Assembly (NCBI GenBank): GCA_030753015.1
Contig: JASMDC010000021.1
Span: 1-64,000 of the forward strand
Direction: 5' to 3'
Origin: Candidatus Undinarchaeales archaeon
GTDB lineage: Archaea; SpSt-1190; JASMDC01
DNA: 64,000 nucleotides
Position 1 is the first letter of the stretch, and each line of letters opens with the position of its first letter. The notes beneath the pieces were generated by a model. It was not told the DNA's origin and ran no database searches. It worked only from the letters and a program-made list of their open reading frames with translations. Shown one piece after another: positions 1-9,777 of the stretch. The position numbers and the translations under genes were made by a program.

Positions 1-1
1 A

Positions 2-1072
2 CCCCTCGTCCTTGGATGCCAGCTCAGCGAACCTGTCCAGCGGGCTCGTGATGCGTGAGAGGTCTCTCTTGCTCACGTGGGTGTAGATCTCGGTTGTCTT
101 GCTGCTGGAGTGTCCCAGAAGCTCCTGGATGTGTCTGAGGCCCACTCCGTCCTCGAGGAGGTGTGTGGCGAAGCTGTGCCGCAAGCTATGGACCGTGACA
201 TCCTTGGTGATGCCAGCACGTCGCTTCGCACGCTCGAACACGTGCTGTACGCTGCGCACGTGTAGGTGGGGCTTTCCGTTCCCACCGGGGAAGAGGTAGC
301 GTCGTGGCCGGGTCTCCTCGAGGTACTTCTCGAGAGCTGAAATGGCCACCTGGGACAACAGGGTGTATCGGTCCTTGCGCCCCTTACCGCCGCGGATGTG
401 GACGAGTGCGCGCTTGACATCGATGTCGTCCACCTTCAGGTGGACCACCTCTCCGATCCGCAATCCCGACGAGTAGGTGAGCGTCAGGGCGGCCACGTGC
501 TTCGGATTGCTAATGGAGCTGAGCAGACGGGCTACCTCCGCCCGGTTCATGACCACGGGGAGCCGGCGCTCCTTGCGGGGCCTGAGGTCATCGAATCCTA
601 ACTTGCGCCCCAGCAGCTTGACATAGAGGAACCTGATGGCGTTCACGGCCTGGTTCAGCGTGGACGCGGACACCTTGCGGTTCTCCACCAGATGCGTTAG
701 ATAGCGTCGCACGTCCTCGTTGTCGACGTCCTCGGCCTGCTTGTCGGTGAACTTCAGCAGCTCCTCGTTGAATCGCATGTAGGCCTTGACGGTCTTGGGG
801 CTGTACCGCTTCATGACTAGCTTGCGCCGCATGCGCTCCAGCGGGGTCACGATGCCCATGAGGGCGGGGTCCACCTCGACGGTGATGTCAGGGAAGAGCG
901 CCTGCAGACACTCCACCATGCCCTTGTCATTGGGGACGGTCCAGACCTTCTCGTCCACGTGCCACGCCCTGCCCGTGACGGTCCGGATGCGCGCGATGAG
1001 GTCCCTGTCATATGGGAGCGCCAGCGATATGCGGTCATCGTCGGTCTTCTGGAGCCTGATACGGGTTGTCAT
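2..1072 (-). CDS. Integron-integrase-like tyrosine recombinase, copy 1 (3' end runs off the window; absent from the ORF track)
   Basis: Hand translation from ATG at 1072: MTTRIRLQK...LPYDRDLIARIRTVTGRAWHVDEKVWTVP...RYSPKTVKAY...YSSGLRIGEV...RGGKGRKDRYTLL...HSLRHSFATHLLEDG...IQELLGHSSSKTTEIYTHVS...ITSPLDR. Catalytic R-K-H-R-H-Y are all present and there is no stop before position 1. Confidence 0.92.
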   Translation of the reverse strand, partial: MTTRIRLQKTDDDRISLALPYDRDLIARIRTVTGRAWHVDEKVWTVPNDKGMVECLQALFPDITVEVDPALMGIVTPLERMRRKLVMKRYSPKTVKAYMRFNEELLKFTDKQAEDVDNEDVRRYLTHLVENRKVSASTLNQAVNAIRFLYVKLLGRKLGFDDLRPRKERRLPVVMNRAEVARLLSSISNPKHVAALTLTYSSGLRIGEVVHLKVDDIDVKRALVHIRGGKGRKDRYTLLSQVAISALEKYLEETRPRRYLFPGGNGKPHLHVRSVQHVFERAKRRAGITKDVTVHSLRHSFATHLLEDGVGLRHIQELLGHSSSKTTEIYTHVSKRDLSRITSPLDRFAELASKDEG

Positions 1073-1437
1073 CTCGTTCACCTTGAGGATACTATGTCCT
1101 GCGTAGATGAAAAAGCACTGTTACCCCCTGAAGGGGGGACCTCGAGCACGCGTCACCCCTGCGGAAAGTGTCGCGTTCCCGCTGGTTGCCGGGATCATAC
1201 GTGAAATGGTATGTCGTCCTTCGCCCGCGTGCTGGTCCGATGACGAGGTTCGTTAGAACGCGTTGTGCCGGACGGAAGACGACAAGGCCCCCGCGGTATT
1301 CTCCGATTACTGACATTGGGTCCGATAAAGCGTCCACCGTTCGTTGTCGGTTATCGCCCCTAAAGCCACAGGAAGGTCCTATCGAGGTCATGTACCGATT
1401 GTCGGATATCCCCCGCAGCGCATGTTTTCGCGACTTG

Positions 1438-2571
1438 TCACGTATGTCCTCCAATACCGGCCGCAGGCTCTCGGCCAGCGTTGAGCCGGTCCAGCGGGCT
1501 TCGGATCCGAGCGACATCCTTCGTCGTCATGTGGGTGTACTTGAGCGTTGTCTGGATGTGCTTGTGCCCAAGAAGCTTCTTGATGTGGAAGAGGTTCGCC
1601 CCGTCCTCGAGGAGATGGGTGGCGAAGCTGTGACGTAGCGTATGGGTCGTGACACGCTTGTCGATGCCCGCCCTGCGTCGGGCGCGCACGATGGCATGCT
1701 GGACCGTCCGCTCGTGAACATGACCTTTCCGTTCCCCCACTTCGAAGATCCATGTCCTCGGCCGATGCTCGCTGCAGTACTGCGTGAGATAATCGCGGGT
1801 GATGCTGGAGAGTACGGTGTACCTGTCCTTCTTTCCCTTCCCGTTCCTCACGAAGATGACCCCCCTCTCGTGGTCGATATCTTCAGGACGGAGACGGACG
1901 GCCTCGCCCACACGAAGACCTGAGCCGTAGAGGAGCATGATGATAAGCTTGTTCCTCATGATCGGGATCGCATCGAGCAGGCGGGCCATCTCATCCCTCC
2001 TCAGAACTATGGGGAGCCGCTTGGCCTTCTTGGGCCTACAGTACGTGTAGTCGAAACGTTTGTCGTACACCCGCCAGTAGAGGAACCGGATGGCGTTCGC
2101 CGCCTGGTTCAACGTGGAATCGGAAAGACACCTCTTCTCGGAGAGATAGGCAAGGAACCGTCGGATGTCCGAGTTGTCGATGTCCCCGGCAGGCTTGTTG
2201 GCAAACCCCAGGAACTCTCTGACGAACCGGAGGTACGCCTTGGCGGTCCTGGGACTGTACCTGCGCGCGACCAGCTCCCTGCGCATCTCCTCGAGCGGTG
2301 CGACACGGCCCGGTAGCGATGGATCTACCACGACTACGTAGCCATCGAACAGCTCCTGGAGGTCCTCAACGGTCCCAGTTGAGTCCGGGACGCTCCAGTG
2401 GCCGCCGTCCCTGTGCCAGCGCAGTCCGTTAAGGGACATCAGCCTGTCGACGATCCCTTCTCCGTCCGGGACCGTGATGCCGATCCTTCGGTCATTCATC
2501 CTCTCGAGCCAGACCTGCCCGCGGGGCCGGTGTACGGGACAAAGGGACCCTATCATCTGCTTGACAGCCAT
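1438..2571 (-). CDS. Integron-integrase-like tyrosine recombinase, copy 2
   Basis: RYSPRTAKAY SAM-like N-domain, YGSGLRVGE, GKGKKDRYT, HTLRHSFATHLLE, LLGH..TTLKYTH and C-terminal SPLD. The long IntI-specific insertion between KDR and HxLRH is absent. Confidence 0.92.
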   Translation of the reverse strand: MAVKQMIGSLCPVHRPRGQVWLERMNDRRIGITVPDGEGIVDRLMSLNGLRWHRDGGHWSVPDSTGTVEDLQELFDGYVVVVDPSLPGRVAPLEEMRRELVARRYSPRTAKAYLRFVREFLGFANKPAGDIDNSDIRRFLAYLSEKRCLSDSTLNQAANAIRFLYWRVYDKRFDYTYCRPKKAKRLPIVLRRDEMARLLDAIPIMRNKLIIMLLYGSGLRVGEAVRLRPEDIDHERGVIFVRNGKGKKDRYTVLSSITRDYLTQYCSEHRPRTWIFEVGERKGHVHERTVQHAIVRARRRAGIDKRVTTHTLRHSFATHLLEDGANLFHIKKLLGHKHIQTTLKYTHMTTKDVARIRSPLDRLNAGREPAAGIGGHT

Positions 2572-2697
2572 GAGATCGTGGCATTAGTGCATGGAATATA
2601 CGTGCCAGCATAGCGGGATGCCGCTATTCCACCTTCGCTCGGTGCTGATCCCGGATGGGACGAAAGCCACTTAATACCTGACGACCACAGGAACGAC

Positions 2698-3954
2698 GTG
2701 GACGGGCCGTACCAGGACTACACGAGCTACTATGCCAATTACATACAGGAATGGCTGAACCAGGGCTACACGCTCTACCAGGTGCGCGCCTATATGATCC
2801 AATCAGGGCACGATCCCGCCACCGTGGACGCTGCAATCCAATCGCTCCAGTACCAGGCCACCCACGAAGAGGCGGTGGCCGCTCCGGCGGAAGCGGTCGC
2901 TGCTGAGGAGGTCGCTGCCAGCAGTCTCCCGGTCCTATTGAGCATGATCGTCGTGCTCGTTCTTGGTGTTACGCTCATCGGATACCAGGGCGGCTACCTG
3001 GACGGGCTCACAGAGACCAGTGGGGGCGAGGGTGCTACACCGACGTCCGTCCCCTGGGAGACGCTGATGAACGGCACCGAGCCAGCACCTGCCGTCGACG
3101 AAGGGCCGACGCCCGCACCGACCGCAGGCCCGACCGTAACCGATATCGGCCCGACACCCACCTCCACACCAACGGGGACGCCGGCCCCCGGCCGCACCGA
3201 TTGTTCTCTCATCGGATCGTGGGTCCAGACCGGGCACACCGACCTGGAGGGCCGCGACATGCCGAGCCCCTCCCCCCTCACCTACGCCATGGTGGTGCTC
3301 ACCTACACCGGTGGGGGTACGGGGACCTTCGGATGCCGTGGCAGCTTCTGCAACAGGGACGAAGCGTTCACGGGCAAGGTCGTTGGCGGGAACCAGCTCT
3401 GCATGGAGATAGGGGGGAAAGAGACCTGCGTCCCCTTCACATTCATCGACTGTGATTCGCTCTACTACTGCTCGGCGGACGACGAGACCCTCGAGGAGGG
3501 CGAGCCGCCCTGCGCCAAGCTCGAGCGGGGAGAGGTACCCCCGGCAGCCACTCCCGGGCCCACAGCCGATCCCAATCCCCTGGGATGCTCCCTGGACGGC
3601 ATGTGGAAGCAGACCGGGTGCGCTACCTCTGCGAACGAGGCCCTACCGTGCATGATCCCGGTGACCCAGTACGCCCGGATGCTCACGTTCACGGGCGACA
3701 CGGTGAACTCCAACTGCGAGGGCGAGACGCCCTACTGCGACGGCCAGCCCTTGAAGCCGTCGAAGGTGAAGGGCAACAAGATCTGCATCGACATGCCAAA
3801 GCCCGACGAGGGCGAGCTCCCCGCAGAAGGGCTCTGCTTTCCGGTGATCTTCACGGACTGCGACACGATCATCTACTGCCTGGCGCCCCCCACGGTACAG
3901 CCCATGCCCGAGGGCATCAAGTATCCGTGCGAGAAGCTGGTGAGGGTGGGGTAG
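2698..3954 (+). CDS. Single-pass membrane protein: cytoplasmic helical motif, TM helix, Pro/Thr linker, two Cys-rich repeat domains
   Basis: YIQEWLNQGYTLYQVRAYMIQSGHDPATVDAAI motif; hydrophobic LLSMIVVLVLGVTLIG; two homologous CSLxGxWxQTG...CxPxxFxDCDxxxYC...PCxKLxR domains. Confidence 0.7.
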   Translation: MDGPYQDYTSYYANYIQEWLNQGYTLYQVRAYMIQSGHDPATVDAAIQSLQYQATHEEAVAAPAEAVAAEEVAASSLPVLLSMIVVLVLGVTLIGYQGGYLDGLTETSGGEGATPTSVPWETLMNGTEPAPAVDEGPTPAPTAGPTVTDIGPTPTSTPTGTPAPGRTDCSLIGSWVQTGHTDLEGRDMPSPSPLTYAMVVLTYTGGGTGTFGCRGSFCNRDEAFTGKVVGGNQLCMEIGGKETCVPFTFIDCDSLYYCSADDETLEEGEPPCAKLERGEVPPAATPGPTADPNPLGCSLDGMWKQTGCATSANEALPCMIPVTQYARMLTFTGDTVNSNCEGETPYCDGQPLKPSKVKGNKICIDMPKPDEGELPAEGLCFPVIFTDCDTIIYCLAPPTVQPMPEGIKYPCEKLVRVG

Positions 3955-3963
3955 ATTGCAGCC

Positions 3964-4677
3964 TTACAATCCTTCGAGCCGTGCGAGTAGCCCCTCGATG
4001 CCGATTGACGCGAAGCGGTTGAGGTTGTTGGTGAGCACGAGGAGACCGAGAACGAGGAGCATGAGCCCTACGACCTTCTCGAAGTACTTGAGCATCCACT
4101 CTGAGCGGTTGATGAAGCCGACCGCCTCGTTGGTGAAGGCACCCACGAGAAGGATAGGCAGGCCCATCCCCAGGGCGTAGGCCATGAGCAGGAGGAAGGC
4201 CATCCCCGGCTGGGTGATGGACAGGGCAAGGACGCTGATGAGGATGGCCCCTGCACACGGGCTCCACCCCACGGCGAATGCCGCCCCGAACACGAACGAC
4301 GTGATATAGGTGATCGAGAACCGGTGCTTCACCGTCAGACGGTATTCCTGCTGGAGGAACCCTATTCTTAGAACCTTCAGGACGTGGAGGGCAAAGCCGA
4401 TGATGATGAGCCCGCCGAGCCGCCCTAGCCAGATCTGGAGGTCGTACGAGATACTCTTGAGCGTGGTGTTGAGCAGCACTCCAACTAGGGCGAACACCAG
4501 CGAGAACCCAGCCACGAACGCCACGCTGTTGAGGAAGGTCTTCCGTCGTTCAAGTTTCTCCCCCAGAGACGTCCCGGAAAGATACGCGATGAAGCCCGGG
4601 AGGAGAGGGAGGACGCAGGGACTGAGGAATGAGATGAGCCCGGCAGCGAATGCGATCAATACACTGGGAGCGGCCAT
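3964..4677 (-). CDS. ccdA: Cytochrome c biogenesis CcdA / DsbD transmembrane-domain protein
   Basis: AGLISFLSPCVLPLLP and WSPCAGAIL motifs; ~6 TM helices. Confidence 0.9.
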   Translation of the reverse strand: MAAPSVLIAFAAGLISFLSPCVLPLLPGFIAYLSGTSLGEKLERRKTFLNSVAFVAGFSLVFALVGVLLNTTLKSISYDLQIWLGRLGGLIIIGFALHVLKVLRIGFLQQEYRLTVKHRFSITYITSFVFGAAFAVGWSPCAGAILISVLALSITQPGMAFLLLMAYALGMGLPILLVGAFTNEAVGFINRSEWMLKYFEKVVGLMLLVLGLLVLTNNLNRFASIGIEGLLARLEGL

Positions 4678-4683
4678 CGTCCA

Positions 4684-5730
4684 TCATATCTTGGCGAGCT
4701 CTTTTGCATAATCGTCCGTTTTCCAGGGCGCTGGCTGGTTGAACACCGGTTGTCCGTCCACGAGGATGACCTTCGTGAAGCGACTGCTGACACCGAGCTC
4801 GCGGGCGAGGTCCTCTTCATCAGTATCGGTGTCGCTGTCCTGGTAATTGATCCGGAACGCGACGACATCAGGATCGTCCATCACGCCGAAGGCCGCCCGG
4901 GCGTAATTATCATCGGCCGCGCAGGTCGGGCACCAGTTGGAATAGAACTGGAGAAGGACCTTCTTCTTCATGCGCAATGCTAAGTCGTAGTCCGCCTTGG
5001 TGAACACCAGGTATTTCGTGGTGGTCCCGGCGAGCACCTCGCCGGTGAACGATACGGCCTCTGCGGTCGTGTCCCCGGCGGCCGCGCCGGGCAGGTAGAT
5101 GCCGTCGTCCCGGACCTCGATCGCGATGGCCTCGAGCGGTGCTGCGGCAGGACCCTGTTCCACGGCGCCATCGTTCGGATCGAACTTGGAGTCGTGCCAT
5201 TGGCATACGATGGCCTCGCCCTGGAGCTCGTTCGGTCCGCCCTTGTGGGTGCAGCGGTTCATGTAGGCGCGGTAATCGCCGTTGAAGTTGACCAGGATGG
5301 CCTTCTCGCCCTCGAGATCGAACTCGAACGTGGCACCAGAAGGTACATCGGCGAGGGTGGCGATGAGGACGCCGGAGGGTTCCGTCGGTGTGGGCGTGGA
5401 CTCTGGCGTCGGGACCGGTGTAGGTTCTGGTGTAGGCTCGGTCGTTGCCGTGGGTGCCGTCGACGGCGCTGGCGTCAGTGTGGGTTCTGACGTCGGCATT
5501 GGATCGGGTGTCGGTGTTGCCGTTGGCTCAGGCGTCGGGACCGGTGTGGGCTCGGCAGTTGACTTGGGTGCCGATGTCGGTACGGGTGTCGGCGTATCGT
5601 CCCCCGCGGGCATAGGGGCGGACGACGTCGGCGCTGGCCCGGTCGATGGGTCAGTGCCCGTGCATCCGGACAGGAACAGGCAGCATACGAGCAGTGTCAT
5701 GATCCGTACTATGTACTTCTCTTTGAGCAT
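4684..5730 (-). CDS. Lipoprotein with Pro/Thr linker, Rieske [2Fe-2S] domain and thioredoxin-like domain
   Basis: Lipobox LSGC; Rieske ligands CTHKG and CQWHDSKF; thioredoxin FYSNWCPTC; same strand and adjacent to ccdA. Confidence 0.85.
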   Translation of the reverse strand: MLKEKYIVRIMTLLVCCLFLSGCTGTDPSTGPAPTSSAPMPAGDDTPTPVPTSAPKSTAEPTPVPTPEPTATPTPDPMPTSEPTLTPAPSTAPTATTEPTPEPTPVPTPESTPTPTEPSGVLIATLADVPSGATFEFDLEGEKAILVNFNGDYRAYMNRCTHKGGPNELQGEAIVCQWHDSKFDPNDGAVEQGPAAAPLEAIAIEVRDDGIYLPGAAAGDTTAEAVSFTGEVLAGTTTKYLVFTKADYDLALRMKKKVLLQFYSNWCPTCAADDNYARAAFGVMDDPDVVAFRINYQDSDTDTDEEDLARELGVSSRFTKVILVDGQPVFNQPAPWKTDDYAKELAKI

Positions 5731-5807
5731 GGAGCATCAACCCTTCTACATACTATCCACGAGCCGATAATATAACTCTTCTAGTATACAAAAGGAAAGT
5801 ACGGGAA

Positions 5808-7562
5808 CTAGCCGTAGATGTAGTTCCACACCGCGATCATGGTGCGTCTGCCATCGGCGTTCCGCTCCCCCGTCTCGTCACGGAGGGCAGCGCCCAGACC
5901 GCTCACCCGCTCACTGGGGACGTTGCGTATCGAGGGGAGGACGTTCCCGGCCGTGAACCGCTGGCGCTGGCGTGTAAGCTCCTCGTCGTTCTCCGGCAGA
6001 TGGAAGAAGAACTGGGTGTCCCGCAGCCCGTCGGGCAGCTCCCTGCCCGCGTTGTCCACGGAATGGGGGAACCGCTCGGGCCACCGCGGATCGGGCGGGT
6101 ACTCACTGGTCGCAGCGATCCGGACGAGCACGACCAGCAGGAGGAGCGCCACGGCGATATGCAGCGGGCGTGATCCGCGCACACCGGCCAGGACCAAGAG
6201 CGCCATGGCAGGGTAGATGGGAAGGAGGAAGGTCATCTTCAGCTCGGACCAGTTCTCCTGCGGAAGGAAGAACACGAAGTAGGGGAGGACCCATAGAAGG
6301 AGAAGGACGGTGGCGGCGCGGTCGTCCCGCCAGAGGAAGGCGATGCCCGCGAGCCCCAGCGCAGAGAGGACGAGGCCGAAGGAGCGGATGACGGTGAGCG
6401 GCAGGAGGAGGAACACCGGGAGGGGGAAGTGGGGTGTCCGGACCACCTCGTCGTAGAACGGCCAGTTGAGCATCCCGTTGAACTTGAACGGTGTCCCCAG
6501 GAGCGGAAGCTTGTGATCGAACTGGGGGCGCCATCCATCGTACCCCGTGTACATCGCGGCGTGGGTGAACATGCTGCCGAACGCGTAGTGGTTCCACGCG
6601 AGGAAGGGGGCGTTGAGGATGAAAGCCGTTGCCAGGAGCAGCACCAGCCGGCGCCGGTCCCAGGGCCGGGTCGCCCATATCACTGCCGGGACGAAGAGCA
6701 GTGCGATGTTACGTACACCGCCCAGTGTGCCCAGGAGCAGGCCTATTACCGCCCACTGCCTCCCCCGGGGCCGGTGGAGCAACAGCATGGTCATCACCGC
6801 GCTCATTGACATGGCGATGGCGTTGGGATTGAGGGTGTCCGCGGTGAGCACGAACCCGTTGAACCCCAGGAGCGTAGCGGCGGCGATGCCCATCCACGGT
6901 GAACCGAAGAGCAGCCGGGCCGCCAGATAGACCGCGGCTACGCTCAGAGCGTGGTAGCAGGCGAAGGCCAGCCTGAACCCCACGTCGCCCAGGAGAAGAG
7001 CATGGACCGAGACCAGCACGCCCGCGCCCAGGCGCTGGTCCTTTGTGATGATTCCGTAGGTGGTATCGTCCCTGAGGTTATCGAACAGCTTTCCGGCCAG
7101 GGTGGCGTTCAGTAGGAGATTGCCGTTCATGTCCACGAAAGCGATGGGCTCGTCGATGATGAACAGGGCGGGGGCCACGATGTAGGTGTCCCAGTAGCCA
7201 AGGGCGGTCCCCTCGTAGAGCGTACCCATCAGGAGAAGGAGCGCCAGCGTCAGAGCTGCGGCCCCGCCGTCCCCGGAATCGCCCCAAGAAGGTGCCTTCG
7301 GCCGACGGACGACAAGGGCCAGCGGGGAGAGGAGGGTGGCGAGAGAGAGCACCAGCGGCACCGACACGACCGTACCGGTCAGCCAGGCGAACAGGAAGGC
7401 GCCCACCGGCATCGCGAAGAGACCGATGGACAGGCCCGTCACGAGGGTGAAGAGGAGCGTTCGGCCGGGATAGAGGGCGAGCGCCCACAGCATCCCCGGT
7501 ACGAGGAGGGCGTAGGTCCAGGTCAGGAATCCGGCCAAAAGACCCCCTGCCTGTCCGAGCAT
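5808..7562 (-). CDS. Polytopic membrane protein, probable GT-C-fold glycosyltransferase
   Basis: Many TM helices, a WDTY acidic loop and a large external loop, in a glycan-modification neighbourhood. Confidence 0.6.
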   Translation of the reverse strand: MLGQAGGLLAGFLTWTYALLVPGMLWALALYPGRTLLFTLVTGLSIGLFAMPVGAFLFAWLTGTVVSVPLVLSLATLLSPLALVVRRPKAPSWGDSGDGGAAALTLALLLLMGTLYEGTALGYWDTYIVAPALFIIDEPIAFVDMNGNLLLNATLAGKLFDNLRDDTTYGIITKDQRLGAGVLVSVHALLLGDVGFRLAFACYHALSVAAVYLAARLLFGSPWMGIAAATLLGFNGFVLTADTLNPNAIAMSMSAVMTMLLLHRPRGRQWAVIGLLLGTLGGVRNIALLFVPAVIWATRPWDRRRLVLLLATAFILNAPFLAWNHYAFGSMFTHAAMYTGYDGWRPQFDHKLPLLGTPFKFNGMLNWPFYDEVVRTPHFPLPVFLLLPLTVIRSFGLVLSALGLAGIAFLWRDDRAATVLLLLWVLPYFVFFLPQENWSELKMTFLLPIYPAMALLVLAGVRGSRPLHIAVALLLLVVLVRIAATSEYPPDPRWPERFPHSVDNAGRELPDGLRDTQFFFHLPENDEELTRQRQRFTAGNVLPSIRNVPSERVSGLGAALRDETGERNADGRRTMIAVWNYIYG

Positions 7563-7838
7563 GAGGTGAACTACCCCTGAAACGTTTATAATGATATGGC
7601 GCGAAGGTATCTGGATTGCCAGGAGGCTGATTTGTTACTACTCTCAGTAGGAGGAGAATAATATAATGCATCCCAACCTACATATCCTTGTGGTGGATGG
7701 CGGACATGAAAGTTCTCCATCTACTATCAGGGCGGGGACCGCCCGCAGTGCCCGTGGAGCCGGGAACGGCGTGGAAGCGGGAAGCTCCTGTTCAAGTAAG
7801 TGGGGCAGTTCACTAAGGTGACAGGCCCCATCCCGACC

Positions 7839-9254
7839 ATGGCACCCTCCATACTGCTGGTGAATCCGCCATACCAGTCGCGGACCGAGGCCATCGCCCA
7901 GATCTCGGTAGGGCCCCCGCTCGGGCTTGCTTACCTCGCCGCGTCCCTTGAAGTGGCCGGTGTACCGGTGGACATCCTCGACGCCAACGCGCTCCAGCTC
8001 TCCGAGGAGGAGACGCTCCGTCGGGTGCTGGACGCCGAACCGGACGTGGTGGGGCTCACCGCCGTCACGCCCACAGCGGACCTGTGCGCCCGCATCGCCC
8101 ATGGCGTCAAGACACTGCGGCCAGAGGCGACCACCGTGCTGGGCGGCATCCATGCCAGTATGGTCCCCGACCAGACCCTCGCTCGGCTCCCGTCGATCGA
8201 CCTGCTGGTGCGGGGCGAGGGCGAGCGCACCCTCCCCGAGCTTGTGGACTCGCTCCCGGGAGGTGCCGGCAAGCTCTCCCGGGTGGCCGGGGTGTCACTC
8301 CGCAAAGGCAAGAGGATCGTGCACGGGCCTCGACGGCCGCTGGTAGATCCCCTGGACGACCTGCCCTTCCCAGCCCTCCATCTCCTGCCCATGGAACGGT
8401 ACAGGGCGCCTGAATCTGATCATTTCTCCACGGTCATCGCCGTCCGCGGCTGCCCGGGCCGGTGCATCTACTGCTCATGTCCCTGGGTGTTCGGCGGGAC
8501 GCTGCGCACACGCTCCCCGCAAAACGTCGCCGAGGAGATAGAGCGGGATCGGCGGGAGTTCGGTGTCAAGCTGATCTCCTTCCTGGACGACACGTTCGCC
8601 GTGAACAGATCATGGGCTCTCGAGCTGTGTCATGAGCTCGTGGACCGCGGTCTGCCCGACGATCTGCGCTGGAAGGCCCTCACGCGGGCCGATACCGTGG
8701 ACAAGGAAGTGCTGGCCGCCATGCACGAGGCGGGGTGCGATCTCATCGAGTTCGGTATCGAGTCGGGCTCCCAAAAGCTCCTGGACGCCATGCGCAAGGG
8801 CATCACCGTGGAGCAGATCAAGAACGCATTCACCCTGGCGCACGACGAGGGTATCAAGACCATGGGATTCCTGATGCTGGGGCTCCCGGGGGAGACCCAA
8901 GAGACCCTGGAGGAGACGCTCCAGCTCGTCCAGGAGGTCGACTGCGACTATCTCCAAGTATCCTTCGCTACGCCCTACCCGGGCACCGGATTGCACGCGT
9001 GGGCCGAGAAGAACGACCTCCTGCAGACAGATGACTGGGAGCGGTACGTGTTCCTCAACGAGACTGTGATGGAGAACCCCACCGCACCACCCGAGTTGCT
9101 CCGGGAGTACTGGCAGCGCATCAACCGGGCGTTCTACCTGCGCCCAGGGTACGTAGTCCGGCAGACGCTCGCCGCTCTGAAGGGTGACGCCCAGGTCCGC
9201 ACCATGGCGTGGGCCGGCGCCAAGACCGCCCGCCGGCTCCTCGACCGCGGGTGA
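7839..9254 (+). CDS. B12-binding-domain radical SAM protein
   Basis: PPLGLAYLAA...GGIHAS B12-binding domain; RGCPGRCIYC motif; DDTF, GIESGS and PYPGT motifs. Confidence 0.92.
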   Translation: MAPSILLVNPPYQSRTEAIAQISVGPPLGLAYLAASLEVAGVPVDILDANALQLSEEETLRRVLDAEPDVVGLTAVTPTADLCARIAHGVKTLRPEATTVLGGIHASMVPDQTLARLPSIDLLVRGEGERTLPELVDSLPGGAGKLSRVAGVSLRKGKRIVHGPRRPLVDPLDDLPFPALHLLPMERYRAPESDHFSTVIAVRGCPGRCIYCSCPWVFGGTLRTRSPQNVAEEIERDRREFGVKLISFLDDTFAVNRSWALELCHELVDRGLPDDLRWKALTRADTVDKEVLAAMHEAGCDLIEFGIESGSQKLLDAMRKGITVEQIKNAFTLAHDEGIKTMGFLMLGLPGETQETLEETLQLVQEVDCDYLQVSFATPYPGTGLHAWAEKNDLLQTDDWERYVFLNETVMENPTAPPELLREYWQRINRAFYLRPGYVVRQTLAALKGDAQVRTMAWAGAKTARRLLDRG

Positions 9255-9258
9255 GACC

Positions 9259-9777
9259 ATGGACCCCCTCACACACTACATGCTCGCCCTCCTCGTTGCA
9301 TCTCGACAGGGACTGGACCGGGAGCGCACCCGCGCGTTCCTGGTGGCCAGCTTGGTACCGGACATCGATCTGGTGATGGTGGTGTTCGGATGGAGTGTAC
9401 TGACACGCACCCATGCCACAGTTCTCGGCAACCTCACCGTGCTCCCCGTGCTCGCGGTAGTGGTCGCCTGGCTGCTCTCGCGGAATCCGGGGCGGTTCCG
9501 TCGCGTCCTGCCCGTGTGCCTCGCAGGTGTGCTGCTCCACACCGCCATCGACCTTGGCGTGGGCCTTCCCATCCTCTGGGAGGGCAACGCCCGTTGCCTG
9601 CGCCCGTTCTCGGAGGCAGTGTGCCTGGTGTCGACGTGGGGGCTGTTACCACGGGAGATGTTCATCGCCGCCCAAATCCTGCTGCTTGCTGTCGGGTGGG
9701 GCGGTTTCGCGGTTATGGTCTCTAGGGGCGTACGGCCCTGGGCAGCGCTGCGCGCCCCGCCGGAGGATGGGAATTAA
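9259..9777 (+). CDS. Membrane-bound metal-dependent hydrolase (YdjM/LexA-regulated type)
   Basis: MDPLTH...VPDID...THA...LHTAID motif pattern with TM helices. Confidence 0.75.
   Translation: MDPLTHYMLALLVASRQGLDRERTRAFLVASLVPDIDLVMVVFGWSVLTRTHATVLGNLTVLPVLAVVVAWLLSRNPGRFRRVLPVCLAGVLLHTAIDLGVGLPILWEGNARCLRPFSEAVCLVSTWGLLPREMFIAAQILLLAVGWGGFAVMVSRGVRPWAALRAPPEDGN

Noticed and set aside
1409-1417. TCCCCCGCA next to integrase copy 2 matches the tRNA-Leu 3' end/att core
   Set aside because: Only 9 bp and GC-rich; about one chance occurrence is expected in 64 kb on two strands.
1073-2697. Canonical integron (attC cassette array) around the integrases
   Set aside because: No convincing RYYYAAC...GTTRRRY hairpin sites were seen, and the proteins lack the IntI-specific insertion.
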